From: Hadesarchaea archaeon
GTDB lineage: Archaea > Hadarchaeota > Hadarchaeia > Hadarchaeales > Hadarchaeaceae
Length of the DNA: 64,000 nucleotides
Reading direction: 5' to 3'
Assembly (NCBI GenBank): GCA_029259175.1
Contig: JAPDJH010000002.1
Coordinates: 1 to 64,000 of the forward strand
In this document: positions 47,910 to 57,436 of the stretch, in pieces
Numbering within the stretch: position 1 is the stretch's first letter
How the letters are laid out: the number at the start of each line of letters is the position of its first letter
Program-made: the position numbers and the translations under genes
The notes under the pieces: generated by a model
Told to the model about the DNA's origin: nothing
Database searches by the model: none
The model's input: the letters and a program-made list of their open reading frames with translations, nothing else

Positions 47910-48195
47910 GGATTCTCTTCGAAACCCTTGACTCGCAAATACTTTCGCCGGCCTCTCCCCGAAACGAGCTTAAACGGGAAGGCGGAACCGCTTTACGGAA
48001 TGCCCGGGTCAGTGACTCCAGAGAGCGCTTCCCGCACCGTCCGTGGCGCTCTGCGGGAAGCAGGTCACGCGCGGATCAACAAGCCCGGAAAAGAGGTTCC
48101 CGGAGCAGCGCTCCGGGAACGGGGCCGTGCGGGTTCCGGCCCTGAAGGCGGCCTAGAGCCGCCAACTTCGGAGGTCAAGGCTTCCGAGGAGAACC
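47910..48195 (+). ncRNA. ~290-nt structured repeat element, copy 1 (MITE-like / novel ncRNA)
   Basis: Homologous to 58923-59211; complementary ends; TAGGAAGG on both flanks. Confidence 0.7.
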
Positions 48196-48233
48196 TAGGA
48201 AGGGTTTTAGAGTTGCAACGCTAGAAGGAATGG

Positions 48234-48671
48234 ATGACTCGGGCGGAGTACGGGAGCGGCAGAGTGATTCTTGCACGTTTGCCCCACAACGGGGTTATTC
48301 CGGAGGAGATCCAGAGGGCCGCGGAGGACTTCCAGATTCGGATGGGGGTTTTCACTTTGGTGGGGGCTCTGAAGCGGGCAAAGCTCGCGTATTATGACCA
48401 GCGACGCAGGGAATACAAGGTTCTCGAGGTGCTCGGTCCGCACGAGATAGTCAGCTGCGTGGGCAACGTGTCGCTCTACAAGCGGAAGCCCTTCGTGCAC
48501 GCGCATATCGTGCTTGCTGACGAGCACGGAGGCACTAAAGGAGGACATCTGTTGCAGGGGGTTGTTTTCGCCGCCGAGCTTCACTTACACGAGTTGAGTG
48601 GACCGATTCTGGAGCGGAGACCGGATCGGACCACAGGTCTAGCACTCTGGCAGCGCTCAAAACTCTTATGA
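48234..48671 (+). CDS. PPC-domain (DUF296) protein
   Basis: VGAL, EIVSCVGNVS, HAHIVL, GGHL. Confidence 0.92.
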   Translation: MTRAEYGSGRVILARLPHNGVIPEEIQRAAEDFQIRMGVFTLVGALKRAKLAYYDQRRREYKVLEVLGPHEIVSCVGNVSLYKRKPFVHAHIVLADEHGGTKGGHLLQGVVFAAELHLHELSGPILERRPDRTTGLALWQRSKLL

Positions 48672-48825
48672 TGGACAATCGCGACCAGCACGGTTCGTCA
48701 AGCGCTGAGATTATCGAGTTCAAATCGAGGTCGAAAAAGGTCTAGTACGGCATGCTTTGAAGCCGAAAACCCTGTACATAGCTTGCACGTCGAGGGGGCC
48801 TGTTGGATTTTTCATGTTTAGTTGG

Positions 48826-48874
48826 TACAACTGGGGAGTTGTATTCCTGCGGGTTATACAACCGGGGAGTTGTA
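48826..48874. promoter_or_regulatory. Two tandem palindromes TACAAC-N6-GTTGTA, 31-bp period
   Basis: TACAACTGGGGAGTTGTA (48826-48843) and TACAACCGGGGAGTTGTA (48857-48874). Confidence 0.6.
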
Positions 48875-49061
48875 AGCCCTTGCATCCTTTGCGCCCGGCT
48901 AGCCAGAATTGAGCATGGTGGTGTGAATCGTGAGCGCGCCAAGCTCGGAACCCGTTCGATGCATCCCGACCTCTTCCGCCACCGAGTGCTCCACCGGGTT
49001 GGAAAAAGCCTCGGAGGGTCAAACCTAAATAACGCCTTTCATATGTTCTCGAGGTGGAAGA

Positions 49062-50297
49062 ATGGCCAGCTTCGACCTGGTGATCAAGAACGCGAGGACG
49101 AGGGCAGATCCTAAGCAAACCGTGGAGATCGCGATAAGCAACGGCAAGATCGCGCGGATTGGACACTCCGTCGGGAAGGGTGACCAGGAAATTGATGCCG
49201 GAGGCGGCTTGGTCACGGAAAGCTTTGTGAACGCTCACCTGCACATGTGCAAAGTGTACACCTTGGAAATGATTGGGGAGGATGCGATGCGGGCATACCA
49301 AGAGGGAGGCATGGACAAAGCGATGATCGCGATTGAGCTGGCCTCCAAGGTCAAGCGCAAGTACAAAGCGGACTGGATTTACGAGAACGCAAAACGCGCT
49401 TTGCTTCTCGGAATCAAACACGGTGTTCTGCACTACCGCGCGTTCGTGGACACCGATACCAAAGGAAAGCTGGAGGGCATCAAAGCTCTGCTCAAGCTAC
49501 GCGATGACTTCCGTGACCTGGTGGACTTGCAGGTGGTGGCGTTTCCCCAAGACGGTGTTGTTCGCGATCCGGGAAGCGAAGCGCTTGTGCGAAAGGCTGT
49601 GGAGCTCGGAGCCGATGTGGTTGGCGGTATCCCTTGGATCGAGTACACCGAGGAAGACGCCCAGCGCCATGTGGATTTGATGTTTGACATCGCGGTGGAG
49701 CACAATCGAGACATTGCCATGCTCACTGATGACGCGGGAGATCCGGGACTGCGCACCACAGAGATGCTCGTGCGCCGAGGCATCAAAGAGGGATGGACTG
49801 GAAGGGTAGAGATCTGCCATGCTCGTGCCATGCAGCTTTATCCCGGCCCGTACTTCGAGAAGCTCGTGGCGCTGCTGAAGCGATGCGACGCGGGAGTCGT
49901 TTCCGATCCGCACACCGGACCGCTCCACGCCCGTGTTTTTGAACTGCTCCAGCACGGCGTGACAGTAGCTCTGGGTCAGGACGACATTGCCGACGCCTAC
50001 TATCCCTACGGCCAGAACTCCATGCTTGAAGTGGCCTTCTTGGCCTCTCACCTGTTGTGGGCGACCACCTTTCACAAAATGGACGTTCTCTACGACATGA
50101 TCACCGTGAATCCAGCCAAAATTTTGAGATTGTCGGCTTACGGGCTCAAAGAGGGTAGCCGTGCTGATCTGGTGGTGCTAGGGGCGCGCTCGGTGTATGA
50201 GGCCCTGACGTACCAAGACCCGCCGCGGTACGTGATACGAGCTGGCAGGGTGATCGCTGAAAACATCGCTGAGACCAAGTACGGGTTCTCCCTTTAG
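49062..50297 (+). CDS. Cytosine/creatinine deaminase-like amidohydrolase
   Basis: NAHLHMCK, VAFPQDG, VGGIP, CHA, LGQDD..D.YYPYG. Confidence 0.88.
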   Translation: MASFDLVIKNARTRADPKQTVEIAISNGKIARIGHSVGKGDQEIDAGGGLVTESFVNAHLHMCKVYTLEMIGEDAMRAYQEGGMDKAMIAIELASKVKRKYKADWIYENAKRALLLGIKHGVLHYRAFVDTDTKGKLEGIKALLKLRDDFRDLVDLQVVAFPQDGVVRDPGSEALVRKAVELGADVVGGIPWIEYTEEDAQRHVDLMFDIAVEHNRDIAMLTDDAGDPGLRTTEMLVRRGIKEGWTGRVEICHARAMQLYPGPYFEKLVALLKRCDAGVVSDPHTGPLHARVFELLQHGVTVALGQDDIADAYYPYGQNSMLEVAFLASHLLWATTFHKMDVLYDMITVNPAKILRLSAYGLKEGSRADLVVLGARSVYEALTYQDPPRYVIRAGRVIAENIAETKYGFSL

Positions 50298-51487
50298 AGC
50301 CATCCACGACTGCGCATGGTCTCGACCAAATTCTGTGTTGCCAATGCCAGAGCAGCCGTGCGCATGGAGACCTTGTGTTCGTCCGCAAACTCTAGCACGT
50401 GGTCGAAGGTCTCAGAGAGAATGGATCGGATGGTGTCAAAGGTTTCCTCCCGTTTGGTTCGCGTGCCGGACTTGCCCTTTCTCCACTCGTCGTAACTGGC
50501 GATAACACCTCCAGCGTTTGCCAAGATGTCCGGAACGACGGGGATTCGCCTTTTCGTCAGGATTTTGTCCCCTTCCGGAGTCGTGGGTGCGTTCGCGGCC
50601 TCGATCACCAGCCGGGCCCTGACCTCGGGCGCACTCTTAGTGTTGAGCACCGCACCTACAGCGGCTGGGATGAGCACGTCAACGTCTAGGCTTAAGAGCT
50701 GCTCGTTGGAAATCCGCTGGGCCTCGAATCCTTGCACACTGCCCGTTTGTTGCGCATGTTTTCTCAGTTCGACGATGTTCAAACCATTGGGATCGTACAG
50801 GCCTCCGCTTACATCTGAGACGCCCACGATCCGCGCCCCCCACTCCGAAAGAAACGTGCACAACCACGACCCGACGTTTCCGAATCCCTGCACCGCCACG
50901 GTGGTTTCTGACAGTTCCTTTTTCAGAAACTCGCGCACTGCACGCGCGGTGATGACGGCCACTCCGTACCCCGTGGCCTCGAGACGTCCCGGAAGCCCGC
51001 CGATCCCAACGGGTTTTCCTGTCACGCTTTCTCGGATGTGTGTTTCTGAGAAGATGTCGGCCATCTCGGAGGGCCCCGTTCCTAGGTCGGGCCCGGGCAC
51101 AAAGTTCCCAGAAGTCAGTTCGTACCGGAGTTCGTGGGCAAAGCCGTGCATGATCATTGATTTCGCTTCGCGTGACAATGTGCTTTCTGCGGCTATCCCG
51201 GCCTTGGCTCCACCGAAGGGCAAGTCCATGAGTGCGTTTTTGTAGGTCATGAGCTCCGCTAGCTGGATGGTCTCTTCCAGGGTCACGTGAGAACTCATTC
51301 GAACGCCCCCCTTGTAGGGAGGACCGCGCGCCGTGTTGTGATACACCACGAATACGTGCACAACGTGGTGTCCGGGCGGCAGATAGCGGCGGATCCGGAA
51401 GTGAATTACGCGGTCCGGTTCGCTTAACAGCTCGAGGGTTCGCTCTGGAGCGCCTATGAGATCGAGGATCTGAGAGTTGATGAGCAT
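50294..51487 (-). CDS. Glu/Leu/Phe/Val dehydrogenase
   Basis: KGGVR, MTYKNA, GGAKAG, VTGKP, EATGYG, QGFGNVG, EAAN, PDILANAGGV. Confidence 0.93.
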   Translation of the reverse strand: MLINSQILDLIGAPERTLELLSEPDRVIHFRIRRYLPPGHHVVHVFVVYHNTARGPPYKGGVRMSSHVTLEETIQLAELMTYKNALMDLPFGGAKAGIAAESTLSREAKSMIMHGFAHELRYELTSGNFVPGPDLGTGPSEMADIFSETHIRESVTGKPVGIGGLPGRLEATGYGVAVITARAVREFLKKELSETTVAVQGFGNVGSWLCTFLSEWGARIVGVSDVSGGLYDPNGLNIVELRKHAQQTGSVQGFEAQRISNEQLLSLDVDVLIPAAVGAVLNTKSAPEVRARLVIEAANAPTTPEGDKILTKRRIPVVPDILANAGGVIASYDEWRKGKSGTRTKREETFDTIRSILSETFDHVLEFADEHKVSMRTAALALATQNLVETMRSRGWL

Positions 51488-51574
51488 CAGTTCTGTATGG
51501 GTGAGTGTGACAAAATAAAGGTGGCGGTGTACACGCCAGTCAGATTTTTAGGCGGTTGGTCGAGGTTATTGTGC

Positions 51575-52402
51575 ATGGAGCGAGTTGCGGATCTGCATGT
51601 CCACACCACCTACTCCGACAGCATTTATTCGCCAGAGCAGGTTCTCAGGGTAGCGAAGGAGCGCGGTCTTGCGGCCATCGGGATCTGTGATCACGACTCG
51701 GTCAGCGGGATTGAAGAGGCGCTGGAGCTCGAGAGCCGATACGGGGTCGAAGTGGTTCCAGGGATTGAGTTGAGCACCGAATACCGCAACATGGAGGTTC
51801 ACATCTTGGGATACTTCATGGATTGGAATGATTTGCAGTTTCAGGCACTCTTGAAGACCATTCAGGAGGTGCGAAAGTGGAGGGCGGAGCTCATGGTCAC
51901 CAAACTCCGACAGCTGGGATTCAATCTGGAGTTCGAGGAGGTGCTGGCCGAGTCGGACAAGGGCGCGGTGGGCAGACCACACATCGCGAGGCTCATGGTC
52001 AAGAAGGGCTATGTGGCGACGATGGATGAGGTGTTCGAGAAGTACTTGAAGTACGGGGGGCCCGCTTACGTTCCGAAGTACAACATGCTGCCGGAGGAGG
52101 CGGTGCGGCTGGTGCGAAAGCTGAGGGGCATTCCGGTGCTGGCCCACCCGAAGTTTTCTCCTCTGAGTGAGGAAGAGATCGAGTACTTGATAAGCCAGGG
52201 GCTGAGGGGGATCGAGGCCTATCACGCACGGCACACTCCAGAGGAGGCACAGCAGTACGTGGCGCTCGCGGAAAAGTACGGATTGCTCATCACGGGGGGC
52301 AGCGACAGTCACGGAGAAGAGGATCCAATCGGGTGTGTGCGCCTGCCGTACGAGCACGTGCGCAGATTGAAGGAGGAGCGAAAGCGGATGGTGTTCGAGT
52401 GA
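51575..52402 (+). CDS. PHP-domain phosphoesterase
   Basis: DLHVHTTYSD, CDHD, HILGY, GRPH, LAHP, GGSDSHG. Confidence 0.93.
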   Translation: MERVADLHVHTTYSDSIYSPEQVLRVAKERGLAAIGICDHDSVSGIEEALELESRYGVEVVPGIELSTEYRNMEVHILGYFMDWNDLQFQALLKTIQEVRKWRAELMVTKLRQLGFNLEFEEVLAESDKGAVGRPHIARLMVKKGYVATMDEVFEKYLKYGGPAYVPKYNMLPEEAVRLVRKLRGIPVLAHPKFSPLSEEEIEYLISQGLRGIEAYHARHTPEEAQQYVALAEKYGLLITGGSDSHGEEDPIGCVRLPYEHVRRLKEERKRMVFE

Positions 52403-53094
52403 GGGTACGGGCGAGGGCCGCCATTTTCGACCTCGACTGCACTCTGGTCGACACTCTGGAAAGATTTTTTGAGGTGTTCAACGAGTGTCTGAAGCGCAGG
52501 GGGCGCGGGGAGCTCGGCTGGGACGAGTTCTTCAAGCACTATGTGGACGATACCCTCGACGATGTGGTCGCCCCCTCGGGCACTTCAGACCGGGACCGCG
52601 TCCTCCACGAGTTCTGGATGGAGTTCCTGTGGAAATACCGGGAGGGGGATCCAAAGGCCAGGCTTATTCCCGGAGTACGGGAGGTTTTCGAGGAGCTCTG
52701 TCGTCGCGGTGTCCCCATAGCCGTTATCACGAGTTGCATTGTTCCGTTCGGGAAGGTGCGGGAGGAGCTGGACGCCCACGGAATTGGTGAGTTCGTTAAA
52801 GTCGTGGTTACGGCTCACGATGTGGTGCAGGAGCTCGAGCGCGGTCATCACTTCTCCAAGGTCGAGATTTTTCAGCTGGCTGCCGAGCGGCTTGGGGTGA
52901 GGCCCCAAGAGTGTGTGGTGGTGGGCGATTACTGGAATGACATCCGCGACGGGAAAAGGGTGGGTGCGCGCACGGTGGCGGTTCTCACGGGGCTGATGAG
53001 GCGTGAGCTGCTCGAGCGCTACGGGCCGGACGCAATAATTCCCTCAGTTAAAGAGCTGTTTGATGTGGTTCAGTTCGAGCCACCACAAGAGTAA
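52399..53094 (+). CDS. HAD-family hydrolase
   Basis: FDLDCTLVDT, VVGDYWND. Confidence 0.9.
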   Translation: MRVRARAAIFDLDCTLVDTLERFFEVFNECLKRRGRGELGWDEFFKHYVDDTLDDVVAPSGTSDRDRVLHEFWMEFLWKYREGDPKARLIPGVREVFEELCRRGVPIAVITSCIVPFGKVREELDAHGIGEFVKVVVTAHDVVQELERGHHFSKVEIFQLAAERLGVRPQECVVVGDYWNDIRDGKRVGARTVAVLTGLMRRELLERYGPDAIIPSVKELFDVVQFEPPQE

Positions 53095-53122
53095 AAACTA
53101 GTGGAGTTCTTCTGGTGAATGG

Positions 53123-53461
53123 ATGCACATAGATGGCACGAGTTTCGGATCGATTACAATCGACGGAACCGTATACAATCACGATGTCTGGATTCGTGTA
53201 GACGGATCAGTGAAAAGGCGCGACCGCAATCACGAGTTCACGCTGGACGAGGCGTGGGAGCTGCTCGAGGGGGATCCGGAAATCATCGTGGTGGGCACGG
53301 GACAAGCCGGGCGTGTTCGGATCGAGGATGCGGTTGTTGAGGAGCTGCGAAAGCGTGGGGTTGAATTGGTGGCAGCTGAAACGCCCAAGGCCATCCTGTT
53401 TTTCAACGACGCGGTCCGGAAGGGAAGACGAGTTGCCGCAGCGCTTCACGTCACTTGCTGA
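53123..53461 (+). CDS. Mth938-like domain protein
   Basis: FGSITIDG, VVGTG, ALHVTC. Confidence 0.9.
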   Translation: MHIDGTSFGSITIDGTVYNHDVWIRVDGSVKRRDRNHEFTLDEAWELLEGDPEIIVVGTGQAGRVRIEDAVVEELRKRGVELVAAETPKAILFFNDAVRKGRRVAAALHVTC

Positions 53462-53496
53462 ATTTCTCGATATTTAGAAAACGGCGGACTTACGCG

Positions 53497-54093
53497 CTAC
53501 TTCGAAAGCGCTTTCATCCCCAGCTCAAACGCCCTCGCGTTGGCATCGATGGTTTTCGGCGGGACGTTTTCCTTTATAGCCTCCTTCAGGACCTCGGCTG
53601 GAAACGGAAGCTTTCCCGTCGCCGCCAGAGCTCCGAGCATCACCGTGTTCGCAGTCCGAACATTGCCCGCCTCCTGCGCCAGCTTGGTGGCATCCAGCTT
53701 GATCAGCTTCCCCTTCAGCTTGCTGATCGCCTGCTCGATCTCCTCCATGCTCGGATACCGCGCCCTCCCTATGTTTACGTCCATCGGATACCACGGATGG
53801 ATGTTCGTTATCACCAACCCCCCGGGCTTCAGGAACTTCACAGCGTTCCGCAGCCCCTCCAGCGGCTCAACAGCCACTATGACGTCCGCCCCGTCGCACG
53901 GCACCAGCGGCCCTTCAACCGTTTTACCAATCCGCACATGGCTCGCCACCGCTCCTCCTCGCATAGCCGCCCCAAAGGTTTCTCCAACCCTGGCCCGCAG
54001 CCCTGCCTTGATGGCAGCGATCGCCACGATGTGTGAAGCCAGAATGCTTCCCTGACCTCCGACCCCCGCAATGATCAGGTTCAGCTCGCTCAC
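53497..54093 (-). CDS. iorB: Indolepyruvate:ferredoxin oxidoreductase beta subunit
   Basis: AGVGGQG, ETFGAAMRGGAV.SHVRIG, N.VMLGAL. Confidence 0.92.
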   Translation of the reverse strand: MSELNLIIAGVGGQGSILASHIVAIAAIKAGLRARVGETFGAAMRGGAVASHVRIGKTVEGPLVPCDGADVIVAVEPLEGLRNAVKFLKPGGLVITNIHPWYPMDVNIGRARYPSMEEIEQAISKLKGKLIKLDATKLAQEAGNVRTANTVMLGALAATGKLPFPAEVLKEAIKENVPPKTIDANARAFELGMKALSK

Positions 54094-56066
54094 TCCTTCA
54101 CCTCCTCGATCGCCCCGAACGGGCACACCTGTTTGCACATCCCGCAGTTCACGCACAGAATCGGATCGATCCCCGCCTTCTTCCGCTCAGTGTCGAAGGT
54201 CGTAGCGGGACATCCAAAGCTCACACACAGCATACAGCCCGTGCACTTTTCCTCGTTGACCCGGGTCTGCTTAGCCCTCGGCTTGTACTGTTTCAGTCTC
54301 AGTGCCTGCAGAGTGCACACGCGCCTGCTCACCACTATCGCGAACTTGCCGCTTTGGATCGCCCGCTCAATGGTTTGCTGCGTGGCTTTCAGATCGTATG
54401 GATCCGTCACCTCCACGAACTCCACTCCGATGGCTTGCGCTATCCCCTCGATGCTCAGCTTCGCAGCCTCCTCCCCTGTGGCGGTGACCCCCGTGCACGG
54501 ATCCGGCTGGTGACCCGTCATCGCAGTCCAGTGGTTGTCCATCACCACGAACACGCCCTTCGCCTTATTGTACACCGCATTCACGATGGCTGGCAAGCAC
54601 GCATGGAAGTACGTGGAGTCTCCAGCTACAGCCACGAGCGCACCGTCTTTGTATCCCGCGTGGTGTTGCCCCTGCATGAGCCCGATACCTCCCCCCATGA
54701 TGTAGTTGGTGTCCAGCGTCTCATACGGCGCTTGGATGGGATAGGCCTTCGACTCGCTGGAATCGCTCGGCTCGTAGCGTTTTCCCGCAATGCCGTACCC
54801 TCCCTGTTCGTAACACCCGATATCCCCGTTTACTATGGGAACTTTTCCGCCAACCCGCTTCAGCGCCTGTTTCAGCGCCCAGTAGGTGCCCAGGTGCGGA
54901 CAACCGGCGCATAGTGTTGAGGACCGGGGCGCCACGAGCTTCTGGATCTCCTCCTTGATTTTTTCCCGTTCTTCGTCCTTCTCGAGTTCCATCCCGAGAG
55001 CCTTCGCTATGGATTGCTTGGCTATATCCGGGTTGAGCTCCCCCACCCGCGGGACGTGCCCGGTAAACCTCCCGAGCAACTCCACCCCCGGTGCCACATC
55101 TTTTGCCAGCGCCTTGACCTGCAGCTCGATCACGGGCTCGCCTTCTTCCACGACCAGCACGCGCTTCACCGATTTCAGGAGCTTGGACGTGAGCTGCTTG
55201 GCGACGGGCACCGGAGCCGCCAGTTTGAGAAAAGCAACTTTGTCTTCCACCCCCAGCAGCCGGAGAGCGTCTTTCGCAAAACTGGCAGCAATCCCGCTGG
55301 CGATTATCCCGAGCTCAGCCCCCTCGACCAGCTTGAGCTCGTTCCAGGGGAGTTTCTCGACGGCCTGCTCGATCTCAGCTTGTTTGGAGTGCAACCACCG
55401 GTGCTTCTCCACTGGGCCCGGCGGACCGTAGACGTTCCATCGCCACGCCATCCGCCAGTGCTTGTCAAAGACCGGTCGCCGCTCCGGGGCCTTGATGGGC
55501 CCAAGCTCGACATCACCGGATGCGTGCGATATCCGTGTGACCGACCTCAGAAAGACCGGAAGCTCCAGCTGCTCCGAGAGTTCGAACGCATACTTGCACA
55601 TGTCTTTCGCTTCCTGAGCATTGGAAGGCTCCAAACACGGGATCTCTCCATAGAACGCGGCGAAGCGGGTGTCCTGCTCGTTGGACGAGTAGTGCGCATC
55701 GGGATCATCAGCCACCGCTATTACAAACCCTCCCCGCACCCCTCCGTACACGAGCGTCATAAACATGTCCATCACCCAGTTGAGCCCAGCGTTCTTCATC
55801 GAGGTTATCGCCCGCACTCCCGTTATGGCGGCCCCAGCAGCGACCTCGAATGCAACTTTTTCATTGGTCGACCATTCCGCGTGAAAGCCCAGCTTCTGTG
55901 CCGCATCTGCGAGGGTTTCGAGAATCTCAGATGCTGGAGTCCCGGGATAGGAGGCGGCAACTTGGACTCCAGCCTCGATCGCGCCCCTCGCGATCGCTTG
56001 ATTACCCATCAGCAAAACGCGTTTTCCCGGAGCATCTTGCGTTATGAAGTCCGTGAGTTTGCCCAT
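54090..56066 (-). CDS. iorA: Indolepyruvate:ferredoxin oxidoreductase alpha subunit
   Basis: GNQAIARGA, YPGTP, NEKVA, LCAGCPH, GDIGCY, GDSTYFH, TAMTG.QP, two Fe-S motifs. Confidence 0.95.
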   Translation of the reverse strand: MGKLTDFITQDAPGKRVLLMGNQAIARGAIEAGVQVAASYPGTPASEILETLADAAQKLGFHAEWSTNEKVAFEVAAGAAITGVRAITSMKNAGLNWVMDMFMTLVYGGVRGGFVIAVADDPDAHYSSNEQDTRFAAFYGEIPCLEPSNAQEAKDMCKYAFELSEQLELPVFLRSVTRISHASGDVELGPIKAPERRPVFDKHWRMAWRWNVYGPPGPVEKHRWLHSKQAEIEQAVEKLPWNELKLVEGAELGIIASGIAASFAKDALRLLGVEDKVAFLKLAAPVPVAKQLTSKLLKSVKRVLVVEEGEPVIELQVKALAKDVAPGVELLGRFTGHVPRVGELNPDIAKQSIAKALGMELEKDEEREKIKEEIQKLVAPRSSTLCAGCPHLGTYWALKQALKRVGGKVPIVNGDIGCYEQGGYGIAGKRYEPSDSSESKAYPIQAPYETLDTNYIMGGGIGLMQGQHHAGYKDGALVAVAGDSTYFHACLPAIVNAVYNKAKGVFVVMDNHWTAMTGHQPDPCTGVTATGEEAAKLSIEGIAQAIGVEFVEVTDPYDLKATQQTIERAIQSGKFAIVVSRRVCTLQALRLKQYKPRAKQTRVNEEKCTGCMLCVSFGCPATTFDTERKKAGIDPILCVNCGMCKQVCPFGAIEEVKE

Positions 56067-56086
56067 CGGCTCACCTTTTCATCATT

Positions 56087-57436
56087 TCATTGCTGGTTTA
56101 AATTTTTGCGTTTTGCGTACCGGTACATGGCGGCCAGAGCCTTTGCCCCGCGCACCGGATCGGAAAACACTGGTATGCGCTTTTCCGCGAGCTTTCTTTT
56201 TTCCTCCTCTTCTGCTCTGCCACCGCCCAGCATTACCGCGATCACCGGCTTTCCCTTCTTCAAGTGTTTTTCCACCACCTCTGCGATCCCGGGCATCGGA
56301 TCTCCCACAATCGCCAGAACCGAGTCGACCCCCTCCTCCCCCAGCAGGATTTCGAGAGCATCGTCGTACATCTGAGTCGTGGCGCTCCCAGTGAGATCCA
56401 GCGGATTCTTGAAAATGCACTGCGGCGGCAGCTTCTCTTTGAGCCTGTCGACGGTGGCGGACGAGAGATCCACGACTTCGAGCCCGCTCTCCTCGCACGT
56501 GTCCGTTGCCAGGATTCCGCATCCGCCGGAGCTTGTTATGATCACCGTCCGCGGCCCTCGTGGCAGCGGCAACATGGCCAGTGCTTTGCAGTAATCGTAG
56601 AGTTCCTCCACCGAGTACGCCCTTATCAGACCCGCTTGCTTGAACGCGGTGTCGAACACCTGATCCAGCCCCGCCAGCGTGCGCGTGTGCGACTGGGCCG
56701 CTTCCGCCCCCTTCTCCGTCCGCCCGCCTTTCAGCACAACCACCGGCTTGTTTTGTGCAACCTTGCCTGCAGCTTCCAGAAATCTTCGGCCATCACGCAC
56801 GCCCTCAATGTAGAGGGCGACAACCTTCGTTTGGTCGTCGTCCGCGAAGTACTCCAGCAGCTCCGTTTCGTCCACATCGCATTTGTTCCCGAGGGCCACT
56901 TGTTTCGACGTCCCTATTCCTTCGTCTTCAGCCCAACACCCGAGCGCAGCGAAGACAGTCCCGCTTTGAGAAACCACCGAGATCGGGCCGGAGAGCTTGA
57001 CCAGAGGCCAGCTGGCGCACAGCCTGGCAGGCATGCTGTTTATCCCCTGACAGTTGGGCCCAATCACTCTGACATTCGACTTTTTCGCCGTCTTCACGAG
57101 CTCCTGCTCCAGTTTTTCCCCATCCGGCCCGACCTCTCTGAACCCGCCGGAAATAATCACAGCAGCTTTGATCCCCTTCTGCCCGCACTCTTCTATCACC
57201 CTGTTCACAAACTTGGCGGGGACGACGATGATTGCCAGATCCACTTCCCCCGGGATCTGAGTAACCGAGGGATAGCATTTCAGCCCGAGGACTTCGTCGG
57301 CCTTTGGATTGATCGGATAGATCCCGCCCTCAAAACCCGCATCGATGATGTTGCGCAAAATCTCATGCCCCAGCTTGCCCGGCTCACGGGACGCGCCCAC
57401 TACCGCAACTCCTCGTGGCTGGAAGAACTCCTTCAT
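56087..57436 (-). CDS. acdA: ADP-forming acyl-CoA synthetase alpha subunit
   Basis: VAVVGAS, GPNCQG, SQSG, LKGGR..GA.AAQSHT, NPLDLTG. Confidence 0.9.
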   Translation of the reverse strand: MKEFFQPRGVAVVGASREPGKLGHEILRNIIDAGFEGGIYPINPKADEVLGLKCYPSVTQIPGEVDLAIIVVPAKFVNRVIEECGQKGIKAAVIISGGFREVGPDGEKLEQELVKTAKKSNVRVIGPNCQGINSMPARLCASWPLVKLSGPISVVSQSGTVFAALGCWAEDEGIGTSKQVALGNKCDVDETELLEYFADDDQTKVVALYIEGVRDGRRFLEAAGKVAQNKPVVVLKGGRTEKGAEAAQSHTRTLAGLDQVFDTAFKQAGLIRAYSVEELYDYCKALAMLPLPRGPRTVIITSSGGCGILATDTCEESGLEVVDLSSATVDRLKEKLPPQCIFKNPLDLTGSATTQMYDDALEILLGEEGVDSVLAIVGDPMPGIAEVVEKHLKKGKPVIAVMLGGGRAEEEEKRKLAEKRIPVFSDPVRGAKALAAMYRYAKRKNLNQQ

